Shown here: piece after piece, positions 49,365-59,654 of the stretch
How positions within the stretch are numbered: the stretch's first letter is position 1
Layout of the letters: each line of letters begins with the position of its first letter
NCBI GenBank assembly: GCA_035457705.1
Contig: DATIBD010000103.1
Location: 2,838-66,837 of the forward strand
Direction of reading: 5' to 3'
DNA length: 64,000 bases
Source: Vicinamibacteria bacterium
GTDB taxonomy: Bacteria; Acidobacteriota; Vicinamibacteria; Marinacidobacterales; SMYC01
Notes under the pieces: generated by a model
The model's input: the letters and a program-made list of their open reading frames with translations, nothing else
What the model was told of the DNA's origin: nothing
Databases searched by the model: none
Program-made: the position numbers and the translations under genes

Positions 49365-50516
49365 ATGCGCTTTCGGACGAAACAGATTCACGCGGGAGTC
49401 GAGCCAGATCCGACGACCGGCTCGATTCTGACACCGATCTACCAGTCGACCACCTTCGTCCAGAGCTCGGTCGACGAATACCTTTCGAAGGGCTATTCCT
49501 ACTCGCGCTCGGGAAATCCGACCGTGAGAGCTCTCGAAAGAAAACTCGCCGCGCTCGAAGGGGGCGCCGACTGCGCCTGCTTTGCCACGGGAATGGCCGC
49601 GATCCAGGCCGTTCTTCTGGCGTTCCTGAACGCGGGCGAACACGCAGTCGTTTCCGATGTCGCATACGGGGGTACTTATCGCCTCTGCACGAAAATCATT
49701 CAGCGCTTCGGCGTGAGCTTCACGTTCGCGGATACCTCGAGGCCAGAGGACGTCGGCGCCGCCATCAGGGACGAGACGAAGCTCATTCTCACGGAAACGC
49801 CGGCAAACCCCACTCTGAAGCTGACCGACATCGCTGCCGTTTCCGAGATCGCGCGGAAACGCGGAATTCCTCATGCAGTGGACAACACGTTCTTGACGCC
49901 CTACTACCAAAGACCTCTGCAGCTTGGCGCAGAGCTCGTCGTACACAGCACGACGAAGTATCTCGACGGCCACAACGCCACGGTCGGGGGCGCAGTCGTG
50001 AGTCGGACGGCCGAGCTCGACCAGCAGGTCCGCTTCGTGCAGAACGCAACAGGCACGATCCTTTCGCCCCAAGTGGCGTGGCTGACGCTCCAAGGAGTGA
50101 AGACCCTGAGCATCCGGATGGACGCTCAGTCGGAGACCGCCATGGCGATCGCACGTTTTCTCGAATCGAACCCCAAGGTGGAGAGCGTCTGCTACCCCGG
50201 TCTTTCGTCTCACCCACAGCATGACCTTGCCAAGAGTCAGGCCAAGGGGTTCGGCGCGATGCTGTGGTTCGAGTTGAAAGGCGGGCTTGCCGCCGGCAAG
50301 AAGCTCATGGACGCCGTCGAGCTCTGGAGTCTGGCGGAGAACCTGGGCTCCGTCGAGTCGCTCGTGACCCATCCGGTGACGATGACGCACGCCGACGTCG
50401 ACGAGGCCGAGCGGAAGCGAGTGGGGATTACCGACGGCCTGGTGAGGCTTTCCGTCGGACTGGAGGACGGAATGGATTTGATCGCCGATCTTGCTCAGGC
50501 ACTCGACCAGATCTAG
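49365..50516 (+). CDS. PLP-dependent Cys/Met-metabolism enzyme (cystathionine gamma-synthase / beta-lyase / methionine gamma-lyase family)
   Basis: TTFVQ...YSRSGNPT...; PLP-Lys region STTKYLDGH; the size and motif order are those of MetB/MetC/MGL. Confidence 0.85.
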   Translation: MRFRTKQIHAGVEPDPTTGSILTPIYQSTTFVQSSVDEYLSKGYSYSRSGNPTVRALERKLAALEGGADCACFATGMAAIQAVLLAFLNAGEHAVVSDVAYGGTYRLCTKIIQRFGVSFTFADTSRPEDVGAAIRDETKLILTETPANPTLKLTDIAAVSEIARKRGIPHAVDNTFLTPYYQRPLQLGAELVVHSTTKYLDGHNATVGGAVVSRTAELDQQVRFVQNATGTILSPQVAWLTLQGVKTLSIRMDAQSETAMAIARFLESNPKVESVCYPGLSSHPQHDLAKSQAKGFGAMLWFELKGGLAAGKKLMDAVELWSLAENLGSVESLVTHPVTMTHADVDEAERKRVGITDGLVRLSVGLEDGMDLIADLAQALDQI

Positions 50517-50580
50517 GTCCGAAACGAAGTCGGAACCACCAGCGACCGACGTGGACAAATTGACCTGCGTCCTTTTCTGA

Positions 50581-50609
50581 TTGACATCAAGGCGGAAAGT
50601 CGTTATAAA
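50581..50609 (+). promoter_or_regulatory. sigma70-type promoter TTGACA-N17-TATAAA, followed by a ~215-nt leader, upstream of the 1561-aa gene
   Basis: TTGACATCAAGGCGGAAAGTCGTTATAAAG at 50581-50610 is a near-consensus -35/-10 pair with a 17-nt spacer. The start codon is at 50831. Confidence 0.4.
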
Positions 50610-50830
50610 GATCGCTGGGGCTGCTTCCCTGGGAAGCGAGGATTCTTCCCCACCCTTCCTAGCTCACGCCCACAGAGCAGGCCTTGCATCGAGCTAGTGC
50701 AGCACCTCCTCGTTGTGGTGGCTCTTTAGCGTAGACGTTCTCACGTGGACTCTCCAACTCGGAGGGTCCCTTATCGCTAGGCGCGGTCTGCTCGGAGGGA
50801 CCGCGGGACGGGACCTAGGAACTTCTAACC

Positions 50831-53800
50831 ATGAAGACAATGAATCACCTTTCTCTATTTCGCATCATCGGTCGGGGGACGCGCCGCGTCTTTTCACTAG
50901 CGCTCCTCTTCGTCATCGCCCTCCTGGGGACGAGCCCAGCCCAGGGGGAGTCCGACTGGAGGCTGGTCCGCTCGATGGGAGAAGACCAGCTCGAGGGCTC
51001 GAACGTTGCCGGATCGGCGTTCTCTCCGAGGGGCAACACGTTCTTCATGGTCCGCACTGGGGAGTCGGATTCCCTGAGCTCGGTTTCCGACATCGTCACC
51101 TTCTCCTCGATGCGAAAGCGCCGCGACCTGATACGGCTCGCCGATCGCGTCGATCCGATCACCGTTGCCGTCGACGTTAGAGCCAGCCGGATGTTGGCCT
51201 ATCTCTCTCGTGAACGGCAGTGGATCGAGCTTTCGATACGAGCGGACGGAACGCTCGATCGGGATTCGGCCCGACGTTCCGACGCCACGGCACTCGGAAT
51301 CGAGGACGCGAGAGGTCTCGCGGTCGATTCCAAAAGCGGAGACGTCTACCTGCTCGATGCTGCCCGAGCTCGAATCGTGCGCGCCCGGCGCTTCGCCGAC
51401 GGAAGCCTCGAGTTCAGTGCGATTTCCGAAATCGACCTCCGCCGTGCTGGACTCGACGACGCTCGAGGTCTGGCAATGGACCCACAGAACGGCAACCTTC
51501 ACGTCGCGAGCATGTCGCGGCAACGATTGTTCGAGCTGAGCCCCTCTGGAAGAGTCGTTTCGTATCGCGACATCTCTTCTCTCGGGCTCAGCGCGATCCA
51601 CGGCATGAGCTTCGCGCCCAGCGGTGATACGACCGACGACCCATCGCGGATGAGCCTCTACATATCCGCTTCCAGCGCGGGACGCGCGGGTGAGAGTCTC
51701 TTCGAGTTGTCGTTTCACCCGGCTCCGGCGGCGATGCTGCCGTCGACCACGGCTTCCCTCGTCCAGACCATCGACACCTCGCAGTTCGTGCCCCCGAGCC
51801 CCGACCCGTCGGGCCTGTCCTTCTCCGACGCATCGGGCAACTTTTTCGTCGCCGACTCCGAGGTCGACGAGATGCCGATCTACGCGGGGGTCAACGTCTT
51901 CGAGATGACGACGTCGGGAAACGTGGTAAGCACCTTCAACACGTTGTCCTTCTCCACCGAGCCGACCGGAGCCACCTACAATCCCAACACCGGGCATCTC
52001 TTTTTCACCGACGACAATCTGGTTCAAGTGTGGGAGCGCGCCCCGGGAGCCGATGGCATGTTCGGCACGGGCGACGACGTGGCGGCGGGTGACTTCGACA
52101 CCGGTATCTTCGGAAGCAACGATCCCGAAGGTATCGCCTACGACACCACTCAAGGCGTCCTTTTCATCGCCGACGGTCTGAATTCCGAAGTCTATCGGGT
52201 GAGCCCCGGAGCCAACGGCCTGTTCGACGGCGTCCCCCCTGGGGGCGACGACGTCGTGACGAGTTTCGACACCGAGGGCTTCGGTGTCACCAACCTGGAG
52301 GGTATCGCCTACGACGGGTTCCGGAATCATCTCTATCTCGTGGGGAACCCAAAGAATCAGATCGCGCAGGTGACCGTCGACGGCACGCTCCTGCGCATGA
52401 TCGACATCACCGCGGCCGTGCCGAACCGACCGTCGGGCCTCGACTACGCACCCAGCAGTCAAGACGCGCTGATCTTCAACCTCTACGTGGCCGACCGGGG
52501 CGTGGACAACAACGTCGATCCTAACGAGAACGACGGCAAGATCTTCGAAATGTCTCTTCCCCCCTTGACGCCGGGCAACAATCCTCCGAGCGTCTCCGCA
52601 GGTCCGGATCAAGCCGTTACGCTTTCGGCCTCCGCTCTACTGAACGGTACGGTTTCCGACGATGGCCTTCCGAGTCCACCTACTTTGGTTACGTTCTGGA
52701 CCCTTCTCAGCGGCCCTGGGTTGGCGGTCCTAAACGAACCCACAGCGGTCGATACGCTCGTCAGCTTCTTCGAGCCGGGCACGTACACGTTCCGCCTGAC
52801 GGCGCACGACGGACAGCTCGTCGCCAGCGACGACGTCACGCTCACCGTGACCGGCACAGTCGATACTTCGGTAGCCAACTCTCAGGTCGCGGCTCTGTCC
52901 GACGACGCGGAGGAGATCGTCGAGGGAGGGTTCGTGACATTGAACAGCGCTGACCTCCAGATGACCTCGGCGCAGGCTTCCGCCCAGGTCGTGGGTCTCC
53001 GATTCAACGCCATCAGCGTGCCGAACGGCGCGAAGGTTCTGGGAGCCTACGTGCAGTTCCATGCCGACGAGGTGCACGGAGGACCAACCTCTCTCGTTAT
53101 CGAGGGACAGGCCGCCAACAACGCAGCGACCTTCTCCCAGTCCAACGCGAACATTTCCATGCGGCCCCGAACCGCGTCGGCGATGAGCTGGTCCCCGCCG
53201 CCCTGGGACACGGTGGGGCAAGCTGGCGCCGGCGAGCGCACGCCCAACCTGGCCCCGATCATTCAAGAGATCGTGGACCGAGGTGGTTGGGTGAGCGGTA
53301 ACTCGCTCGCGTTGATCTTCAGTGGTACCGGCCTGCGGACGGCGGTCTCTTTCGACGGAAACCCAAGTCAGGCCCCGTCGCTGCACATCAATTACCTTGC
53401 TCCAGAGTTCGCCAACGATGCCACGGTGTCCAACCAGGTCGCCACAAGTGACAGCCTCGTTTGGGCCTGCGGCACGCTCACCGTTGGGCCAAACTATACG
53501 ATCATGGCCCCGGCTTCCGTCGTTTTGCGAGCCGGAAACGCCGTGGTTCTGGATAACGGCGTTTCGGTCGAGACCGGGGCCAAGTTGACCGTCCAGCTTT
53601 CCCAGCGCTGCGCGGTCAACCAGACGCCCGTGGTGACGATTCAAAATCCGACCGATGGAGCGAGCTTCGCCGTGGGAGCCAACATCCAGTTCACCGGCGC
53701 GGCCGTGGACGCGGAAGAAGGCAACCTTGCGGCGAACCTCGTCTGGACTTCTGACGTGGAGGGAAACATCGGGACCGGCGCGTCGTTCTCGACGAGCACG

Positions 53801-55516
53801 CTGTCCCTCGGTTTCCATTCGATCACCGCATCGGCAATGGACAGCGGGGGCCTCATCGGCTCGGATGCCGTCACCATCAAGGTCGGGAACTTCGCACCGA
53901 CGGCAACGATCACCGCGCCCAACGACGGGAACCTCTTCAACGAGGGCGACACGATTCTGTTCACGGGAACCGCCGACGACACGGAGGATGGTGACCTCAC
54001 AGCGAGTCTCGAGTGGACCTCGAACATCGACGGTGTCATCGGCAACGGAGGCTCCTTCAGCACCGACCTTCTGACCACAGGCGTTCATACCGTCACCGCG
54101 TCGGTGACGGACAGCGGTGGCCTCGACGCGACCGATCAAATCGTCATCTCGGTCGTGCCGCCGGGCGAGACTCCCCCAGCGGTGGCGATCGCATCTCCGG
54201 GTGACGGAGGCTACTTCAACTCGGGTGACACCATCACGTTCAACGGGACGGCAATCGACGTCCAGGATGGAGACATCTCCGGCAATCTGAGCTGGAGCTC
54301 CAACCTCGACGGCGCCCTGGGGACGGGTGGCACATTGATGCTATCGAGCCTTTCCGTGGGGGCGCACGTCGTAACCGCAACGGTCGAGGACTCTGCGTTG
54401 ATCGGCGGCGAAGACCACATCGTTATCATCGTGGGGGACACTGACCCACCGGTGCTCGTGGGCGCGGGCGACGTTTCCGACTGTCTCGACAACGATGACG
54501 AAAAGACGGCCCAGCTCCTCGACGCCATCCCGGGAACCGTGTTCACGACGGGCGACAACGCGTTCAGCACCGGCAGCGCCTCCGAGTTCTCCACCTGTTA
54601 CGATCCCGTGTGGGGCCGCCACAAGTCGCGAACTCGCCCCTCGATCGGCACCAACGAGTACAACACGACAGGGGCAACGGGGTATTTCAACTACTTCGGC
54701 GCGGCCGCCGGCGACCCCGCCACGGGCTACTACAGCTACGAGCTGGGATCCTGGCACGTCATCGTCCTCAACAGCGTCTGCAACCGGGTCGGAGGCTGCG
54801 GTCTCGACTCGCCTCAAGGGCTGTGGCTCAAAAACGACCTCGAGGCTAACTCAAATGCCTGCACCGTCGCCTACTGGCACCACCCGCGGTTCAGCTCGGG
54901 TGAGCTCGCCGATCGAGACAGCGTGCTGGATTTCTGGCGCCTGCTCTATGACTACGGTGCCGACGTCGTACTGAACGGCAACGATCAAATCTACGAAAGG
55001 CTGGCGCCTCAGGATCCGGGCGGGATCGCCGATCCCACGGGACTTCGCGAGTTCGTCGTGGGAACCGGAGGACGGTTCCACGGCAGCTTCCTGGACAACC
55101 AGCCCAACAGCCAGGCGAGAGACAACACCGCCTATGGAGTTCTCAAGCTGACGCTGAACCCCGCGAGCTACGACTGGGAGTTCGTACCCGAGGCTGGCCA
55201 GGCGTTCACCGACTCCGGTAACACAGCTTGCAACCCCACAACCAACCGTGTCCCGCTGGTGACGATCACGTCGCCGCTGGACAATTCGACCTTCGGCGCC
55301 GGGGTACAGGTGACGTTCGAGGGCACGGCGATGGACTGGCTCGACGGGGACCTGTCGACGAGCATCGAATGGAGCTCGGATTTGGACGGCATCCTCGGAA
55401 CGGGAAGCTCGCTCGCCACGTCCACACTTAGCGTGGGCACACACACGATCACAGCAACGGCTACCGACATGCGTGTTGGTATGGGCTCGCACTCCATCAC
55501 CGTCACCATCAATTGA
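50831..55516 (+). CDS. giant secreted multidomain protein: beta-propeller (SdiA-regulated/phytase-like), a PKD-like domain, four Ig-like repeats and a calcineurin-like metallophosphoesterase domain
   Basis: Signal peptide MKTMNHLSLFRIIGRGTRRVFSLALLFVIALLGTSPAQG. Propeller blades (DARGLAVDSKSGDVYLLD and similar). PKD-like NNPPSVSAGPDQAVTLSAS..LNGTVSDDG. About 92-aa repeats (TITAPNDG..F..GDTI.F.GTA.D.EDGDL...L.W.S..DG..G.G.S.....L..G.H..TA...DS.G). Phosphoesterase motifs GDVSD, GDNAF, GTNEY, WHVIVLNS, YWHHPRF, LNGNDQIYER. Confidence 0.8.
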   Translation: MKTMNHLSLFRIIGRGTRRVFSLALLFVIALLGTSPAQGESDWRLVRSMGEDQLEGSNVAGSAFSPRGNTFFMVRTGESDSLSSVSDIVTFSSMRKRRDLIRLADRVDPITVAVDVRASRMLAYLSRERQWIELSIRADGTLDRDSARRSDATALGIEDARGLAVDSKSGDVYLLDAARARIVRARRFADGSLEFSAISEIDLRRAGLDDARGLAMDPQNGNLHVASMSRQRLFELSPSGRVVSYRDISSLGLSAIHGMSFAPSGDTTDDPSRMSLYISASSAGRAGESLFELSFHPAPAAMLPSTTASLVQTIDTSQFVPPSPDPSGLSFSDASGNFFVADSEVDEMPIYAGVNVFEMTTSGNVVSTFNTLSFSTEPTGATYNPNTGHLFFTDDNLVQVWERAPGADGMFGTGDDVAAGDFDTGIFGSNDPEGIAYDTTQGVLFIADGLNSEVYRVSPGANGLFDGVPPGGDDVVTSFDTEGFGVTNLEGIAYDGFRNHLYLVGNPKNQIAQVTVDGTLLRMIDITAAVPNRPSGLDYAPSSQDALIFNLYVADRGVDNNVDPNENDGKIFEMSLPPLTPGNNPPSVSAGPDQAVTLSASALLNGTVSDDGLPSPPTLVTFWTLLSGPGLAVLNEPTAVDTLVSFFEPGTYTFRLTAHDGQLVASDDVTLTVTGTVDTSVANSQVAALSDDAEEIVEGGFVTLNSADLQMTSAQASAQVVGLRFNAISVPNGAKVLGAYVQFHADEVHGGPTSLVIEGQAANNAATFSQSNANISMRPRTASAMSWSPPPWDTVGQAGAGERTPNLAPIIQEIVDRGGWVSGNSLALIFSGTGLRTAVSFDGNPSQAPSLHINYLAPEFANDATVSNQVATSDSLVWACGTLTVGPNYTIMAPASVVLRAGNAVVLDNGVSVETGAKLTVQLSQRCAVNQTPVVTIQNPTDGASFAVGANIQFTGAAVDAEEGNLAANLVWTSDVEGNIGTGASFSTSTLSLGFHSITASAMDSGGLIGSDAVTIKVGNFAPTATITAPNDGNLFNEGDTILFTGTADDTEDGDLTASLEWTSNIDGVIGNGGSFSTDLLTTGVHTVTASVTDSGGLDATDQIVISVVPPGETPPAVAIASPGDGGYFNSGDTITFNGTAIDVQDGDISGNLSWSSNLDGALGTGGTLMLSSLSVGAHVVTATVEDSALIGGEDHIVIIVGDTDPPVLVGAGDVSDCLDNDDEKTAQLLDAIPGTVFTTGDNAFSTGSASEFSTCYDPVWGRHKSRTRPSIGTNEYNTTGATGYFNYFGAAAGDPATGYYSYELGSWHVIVLNSVCNRVGGCGLDSPQGLWLKNDLEANSNACTVAYWHHPRFSSGELADRDSVLDFWRLLYDYGADVVLNGNDQIYERLAPQDPGGIADPTGLREFVVGTGGRFHGSFLDNQPNSQARDNTAYGVLKLTLNPASYDWEFVPEAGQAFTDSGNTACNPTTNRVPLVTITSPLDNSTFGAGVQVTFEGTAMDWLDGDLSTSIEWSSDLDGILGTGSSLATSTLSVGTHTITATATDMRVGMGSHSITVTIN
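53620..54440 (+). repeat. three tandem ~280-bp intragenic repeats encoding Ig-like domains; a fourth copy lies at ~55240-55516
   Basis: Protein-level repeats listed in the entry above; coordinates are approximate. Confidence 0.55.
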
Positions 55517-55595
55517 GGTACTGAAGGCAGACTAGAGACGAGCTCGAAGGCCCTCGCTCGGATCAGAAGCGTCCGAGCGAGGGCCGTTCGCTTTC

Positions 55596-58253
55596 TTACT
55601 CGGGGCGAAGCGTCCGGACGGGGTCGATTCGGGCCGCGCGCAAGCTAGGAGCGAGCGTCGCAATCAGCGCGGCAAGTCCGAGCGCGATCGCGACCGACAC
55701 GTAGACCGCCGGATCGCTGGGCGCCGTTCCGAACAGGAGACTCGCCACGAACCGTCCCAGTGCGAGCGCTCCGATGACACCCAGAAGCAGGCCGAGCACT
55801 ACCGGTCTCATGGTCTCTCCCACGAGCATCCCGATGACGTCCCCAGCCCTCGCGCCCAGGGCCATCCGGATACCGATCTCCTGCTCGCGCTGGCTGACGA
55901 CGAGGCGCATCACCGAGTACACACCCACGAGAGCGAGTCCGAGGGCTACGGCGGCGAAAAGCCCGACAACAATCGTGCGGAAGCGGGGCGACGCGACCGC
56001 GGCGTCGAGAACGTCATCGAGTGGGCGAATGGAATAGAGCGGGATCTGGTCATCCATTCGAGCAAGCTCCGCTCGCACGGCGCCCGCCACCGTTTCCGGC
56101 TCGAGAGGCGTTCGCATAACGAGCGTCATGGTGTGAAACGACGGCTGGTGCGGCTGGGGTGTGTAGAACATCGGAATATCACCCTCGTCGAGTCCCAGGT
56201 GTTTGACGTTCCCCACGATGCCTACGATCTCCCGCGACCCGGAGCCGCCAAACTCTAGCCTCAGCTCGTCGGGGATCCCGCGGTTATAGGTGATTCGCTT
56301 TCCCATCGGATCTTCGTTCGGCCAGAACGTCTCCGCCATTTCTTCACTGATGATCACGACCCCGGGGGATTCTGCCCGATCGCGTTCGTCGAACAGACGT
56401 CCGCGCAGCAGAGGCATGCCCACCGCGTCGAAGTAGCCGGCGCTCACCGAGCGCGCTTCCGCCGAGGGATTCTCTCCTCGGGCAACGGGCCGATCGTCGA
56501 TCTGGAAGCCGTCTCGGGAGTAATTGTTGGTGAGCGGCAGGATATTGATGGCTCCCACCGAAGTCAGGCCGGGGAGCGAGCGTAGCCGCTCGTAGAGCTC
56601 CTCGTAGAAGGGAATCTGCTCACCCTCCTCGTAGCGGGCGAGCGGCAGAGAGACCGACATGGTCAGTACCCGGTCGGCTCGAAAGCCGGGGGCGACGCTC
56701 CGAAGCTGGGTGAGGCTCTTGAGAAATAGCCCGGCTCCCACGAGCAGGACGACGGAAATCGCGATCTCCGCCGTGATCAATACACTTCTCGATCCCCATC
56801 TCGCGCTCGCGCCTCGCGTTCCTCTCTCTGCGACCAGACCTCCCAGGTTCTGATTGGAGAGCGAAAGCGCGGGGACGAGCCCGAATACGAGCGACGTCAA
56901 CGACGAAACGAGAAAAGTGAACGCGAACACCCATGTATCGAACGTCAGCTCCCCTGCCCGGGGAATGGACCGCGCGGTGATGAAACCCCTCGTTCCGTAG
57001 GCAAGTAGAAGACCCAGGATCGCTCCGGCGAGCGCGAGGAGAAAGCTTTCTGTAACGAGCGCTCGAATGAGGCGCAGCCGACCTGCGCCCAGCGCCGCGT
57101 GGATGGCCAGCGCGTGCCGACGTTTAGCTCCATGAGAGAGCTGCAGATTGGCGAGATTCACGCAGGCAATGAGAAGCACGGCACCGACTGCGCCGAACAG
57201 AACGAGCAAGCCGGCACGCGCATCGCCGACGATGGACTCCTTCAAAGATTCGAGGTGAACGCCTCGGTGGATGTTCGATTCCGGATAGGTTTCCTCGAGC
57301 CGGGCGGCAACCGATTCGAGCTCCGCGCGGGCCTCGTCGAGCGAGTGGCCCGCACCCAGCCGGCCAACGGCACGGATGAACCGGCCGTCGCGCAGGAGAT
57401 CCGAGCGGTCGAACCGGTAGAGCCTGTACAGCGCGGGCTCACGCTCCGGATTCGGCTCGGGATGTGAGTAAGTCCGCGGAAGCACACCCAGGATCTGGTG
57501 AGAGACGGCATCGATGTAGAGGCTCTCACCCACGACTCCGACTCGACCGCCCATTTGGCTCTGCCAGAAGCCGTGAGTCAAGACGACGGTGGGCGGCGCA
57601 TCGTCTCGATCGTCTTCCTCGGTGAACAGTCGACCGATCGCGGCTTTCACCCCGAGGGTTTCGAAGAAACCAGCGGTAACGTTCGTTCCGCCGACGCGCT
57701 CGGGCTCGAGCTCGCCCGTGACGGTGAAAAATCCGACCCAACCATGAGCGCCCATCGATTCCACCGTTCGGCTTGCCGCAGCGAGATCGTAGAAGTCGGC
57801 CGGAGAAAGGTTTTGTACGACGCGCGTTTGGAGGTCCCATCCGGAAATCTTGACCAGCCGCTCTGGGTCCGGGTAATCGAGGGGGCGCATGAGCACGGCA
57901 TTGACGAGACTGAAGATCGACGTATTGGCCCCGATGGCCACCGCGAGGGTGGAAACGGCGACGAGAGCCCAAAGCGGCTGCTTCGCGAACCCGCGGATGG
58001 CTAGAGCGACGTCTCGCCTCAACATCGTATTCCTCCCTGCGTTCTTCCTGGGATTGAGGCGGCGCGAGAGGCAGGCGTCGGCAAAGGCGCCGATTGACGT
58101 GCGAACGAGTCTCCACCCGCCGTATGTGTCCCGCGCGTGCCATAGCTCGGCGCGCCATTCCTCCCGAAAACGATCTCTGTGAGGAGCCGGTACGATCACA
58201 CTCGCCGCATCGACCAGGCCAAGGGCGACCGCATGCGCGAAGCGTCGGCTCAT
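55596..58253 (-). CDS. MacB-like ABC permease with duplicated FtsX domains (ADOP family), paralogue 3
   Basis: N-terminal ...DRFREEWRAELWHAR... extension. Then MLRRDVALAIRGFAKQPLWALVAVSTLAVAIGANTSIFSLVNAVLMRP; two FtsX modules; C-terminal ...LRAARIDPVRTLRPE. Confidence 0.85.
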   Translation of the reverse strand: MSRRFAHAVALGLVDAASVIVPAPHRDRFREEWRAELWHARDTYGGWRLVRTSIGAFADACLSRRLNPRKNAGRNTMLRRDVALAIRGFAKQPLWALVAVSTLAVAIGANTSIFSLVNAVLMRPLDYPDPERLVKISGWDLQTRVVQNLSPADFYDLAAASRTVESMGAHGWVGFFTVTGELEPERVGGTNVTAGFFETLGVKAAIGRLFTEEDDRDDAPPTVVLTHGFWQSQMGGRVGVVGESLYIDAVSHQILGVLPRTYSHPEPNPEREPALYRLYRFDRSDLLRDGRFIRAVGRLGAGHSLDEARAELESVAARLEETYPESNIHRGVHLESLKESIVGDARAGLLVLFGAVGAVLLIACVNLANLQLSHGAKRRHALAIHAALGAGRLRLIRALVTESFLLALAGAILGLLLAYGTRGFITARSIPRAGELTFDTWVFAFTFLVSSLTSLVFGLVPALSLSNQNLGGLVAERGTRGASARWGSRSVLITAEIAISVVLLVGAGLFLKSLTQLRSVAPGFRADRVLTMSVSLPLARYEEGEQIPFYEELYERLRSLPGLTSVGAINILPLTNNYSRDGFQIDDRPVARGENPSAEARSVSAGYFDAVGMPLLRGRLFDERDRAESPGVVIISEEMAETFWPNEDPMGKRITYNRGIPDELRLEFGGSGSREIVGIVGNVKHLGLDEGDIPMFYTPQPHQPSFHTMTLVMRTPLEPETVAGAVRAELARMDDQIPLYSIRPLDDVLDAAVASPRFRTIVVGLFAAVALGLALVGVYSVMRLVVSQREQEIGIRMALGARAGDVIGMLVGETMRPVVLGLLLGVIGALALGRFVASLLFGTAPSDPAVYVSVAIALGLAALIATLAPSLRAARIDPVRTLRPE

Positions 58254-58603
58254 GAATTGGACTCGGGCTCCAAGGCAGGCAGTTCCTCGAGCACCGAGCG
58301 ATGTTCCGCGTACCGCTCACGAGCGGCGCCGAGCGCTTTTCGGCCCGATTCGGTGAGCTCGTAGTAGCGTCGAGCCGGCCGGCCCTCCCGCGCCGCGTTT
58401 CTCCCATCTTCCCACCGCGAGCGCACCAGCCGCTCGGCTTCGAATCGCCGGAGAATGGGGTAGGTCGTGCCGCTTGGGAGGCCCGTGAAGTCCATGATGT
58501 CGAACCCGTAGCGGACGCCTCGAGCGAGCGCCTGCAGCACCAGAGCTCCTTGGTACGTCCGTCTCACCGGTCGCATACTATATCGTTCTCTACATAGGAT
58601 CAA
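58250..58603 (-). CDS. PadR-family transcriptional regulator (overlaps and precedes ADOP paralogue 3)
   Basis: MRPVRRTYQGALVLQALARGVRYGFDIMDFTGLPSGTTYPILRRFEAERLVRSRWEDG...RRYYELTESGRKAL. Confidence 0.85.
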   Translation of the reverse strand: MILCRERYSMRPVRRTYQGALVLQALARGVRYGFDIMDFTGLPSGTTYPILRRFEAERLVRSRWEDGRNAAREGRPARRYYELTESGRKALGAARERYAEHRSVLEELPALEPESNS

Positions 58604-58686
58604 GATCGGCTCGCTTTTTCGAAGAAGCGACTATGGGCAGCGAAGAGCGGTGACTCGTTTCGACAGCGGCGCGTCTGAGACCCGGC

Positions 58687-59613
58687 TTAAATGTCTCGTC
58701 GAGGAAGAAACACCTCGGCGAGCATGCAGCGCACGCTGCCTCCTCCGCAGTCCTCGATCACCGGAATCGGGCTCGCGACGAGCCTTCCGTGTCGTTCGAG
58801 CCACTTCTTCTGCGAAGGGCTCAGAGCGGCGAGAGCGCGAGCGGAGAGGGCGAATAGGGGCTGGCCCTCGAGATCCCGAAGCTCGAGCGTGTTTCCCACG
58901 AACGCGTAAAGCTGCTCCATAGAGATGTCGAGAACCTCCATTCCCGTACTCTCGAGCGAGGAGAAAACGGCACGACGTTCCTCCACGTCGGGAATGGCGG
59001 CGCCGCAGACGATCGCCGTCCGGGTACCCACGGACAGAAGCACATTGGTGTGGTAAATCGCATCCCCCTCGGCATCTGCGGTGCGGAACGACACGACGGA
59101 GAACGCAAATGCGCTGGCGAACTCCTCGAGCAGTGCCGGCGTCGTGCGAGCCGAAATCCCCGCGTAGGCGACTCGGTTTACCCGGTCGAGGACCATGCTC
59201 CCCGTCCCTTCGAGGAAACGACCCACTTTCTCGTGGTGGGTGAGATCCACGACCTCGACGAGATCGAATCCCTTCTCATATCGGAGCCAGTCGAGAATAT
59301 CGTGGCGCCGCTCCCGGCGCCGGGTGGGAGGCTCCATGGGATACAAGACGACGCGGCCGTCCTCGTGAAACGAGACCCAGTTGTTGGGGAAGATCGAATC
59401 AGGAGTCTCTGACTCCGGAAGGTCCCGGCGCACGAGGACTTCCACCGAAGCCCGCTCGAGTGTCTCGACCAGACCGCGAAACTCTTTCAGGGCCAAAGGC
59501 TGAACGTTCTCGTCCTCGGGCGCCCTCATGAAGCGGTTCGTCCTGGCCGTCTCGGCGTTGAAACGAAACCCGACGGGCTCGATCATCAAGATGGCCGAGG
59601 CGGCCTGGCGCAT
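58687..59613 (-). CDS. amidinotransferase-superfamily hydrolase (DDAH / arginine deiminase-type / CtlX-like)
   Basis: C-terminal catalytic Cys context GGGSVRCMLAEVF; overall pentein-fold pattern (...FRTADAEGDAIYHTNVLLS...). Confidence 0.65.
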   Translation of the reverse strand: MRQAASAILMIEPVGFRFNAETARTNRFMRAPEDENVQPLALKEFRGLVETLERASVEVLVRRDLPESETPDSIFPNNWVSFHEDGRVVLYPMEPPTRRRERRHDILDWLRYEKGFDLVEVVDLTHHEKVGRFLEGTGSMVLDRVNRVAYAGISARTTPALLEEFASAFAFSVVSFRTADAEGDAIYHTNVLLSVGTRTAIVCGAAIPDVEERRAVFSSLESTGMEVLDISMEQLYAFVGNTLELRDLEGQPLFALSARALAALSPSQKKWLERHGRLVASPIPVIEDCGGGSVRCMLAEVFLPRRDI

Positions 59614-59654
59614 GAATCAAGATAGCATCCCGGCAAAGGCTTTCGCCTCGAATC

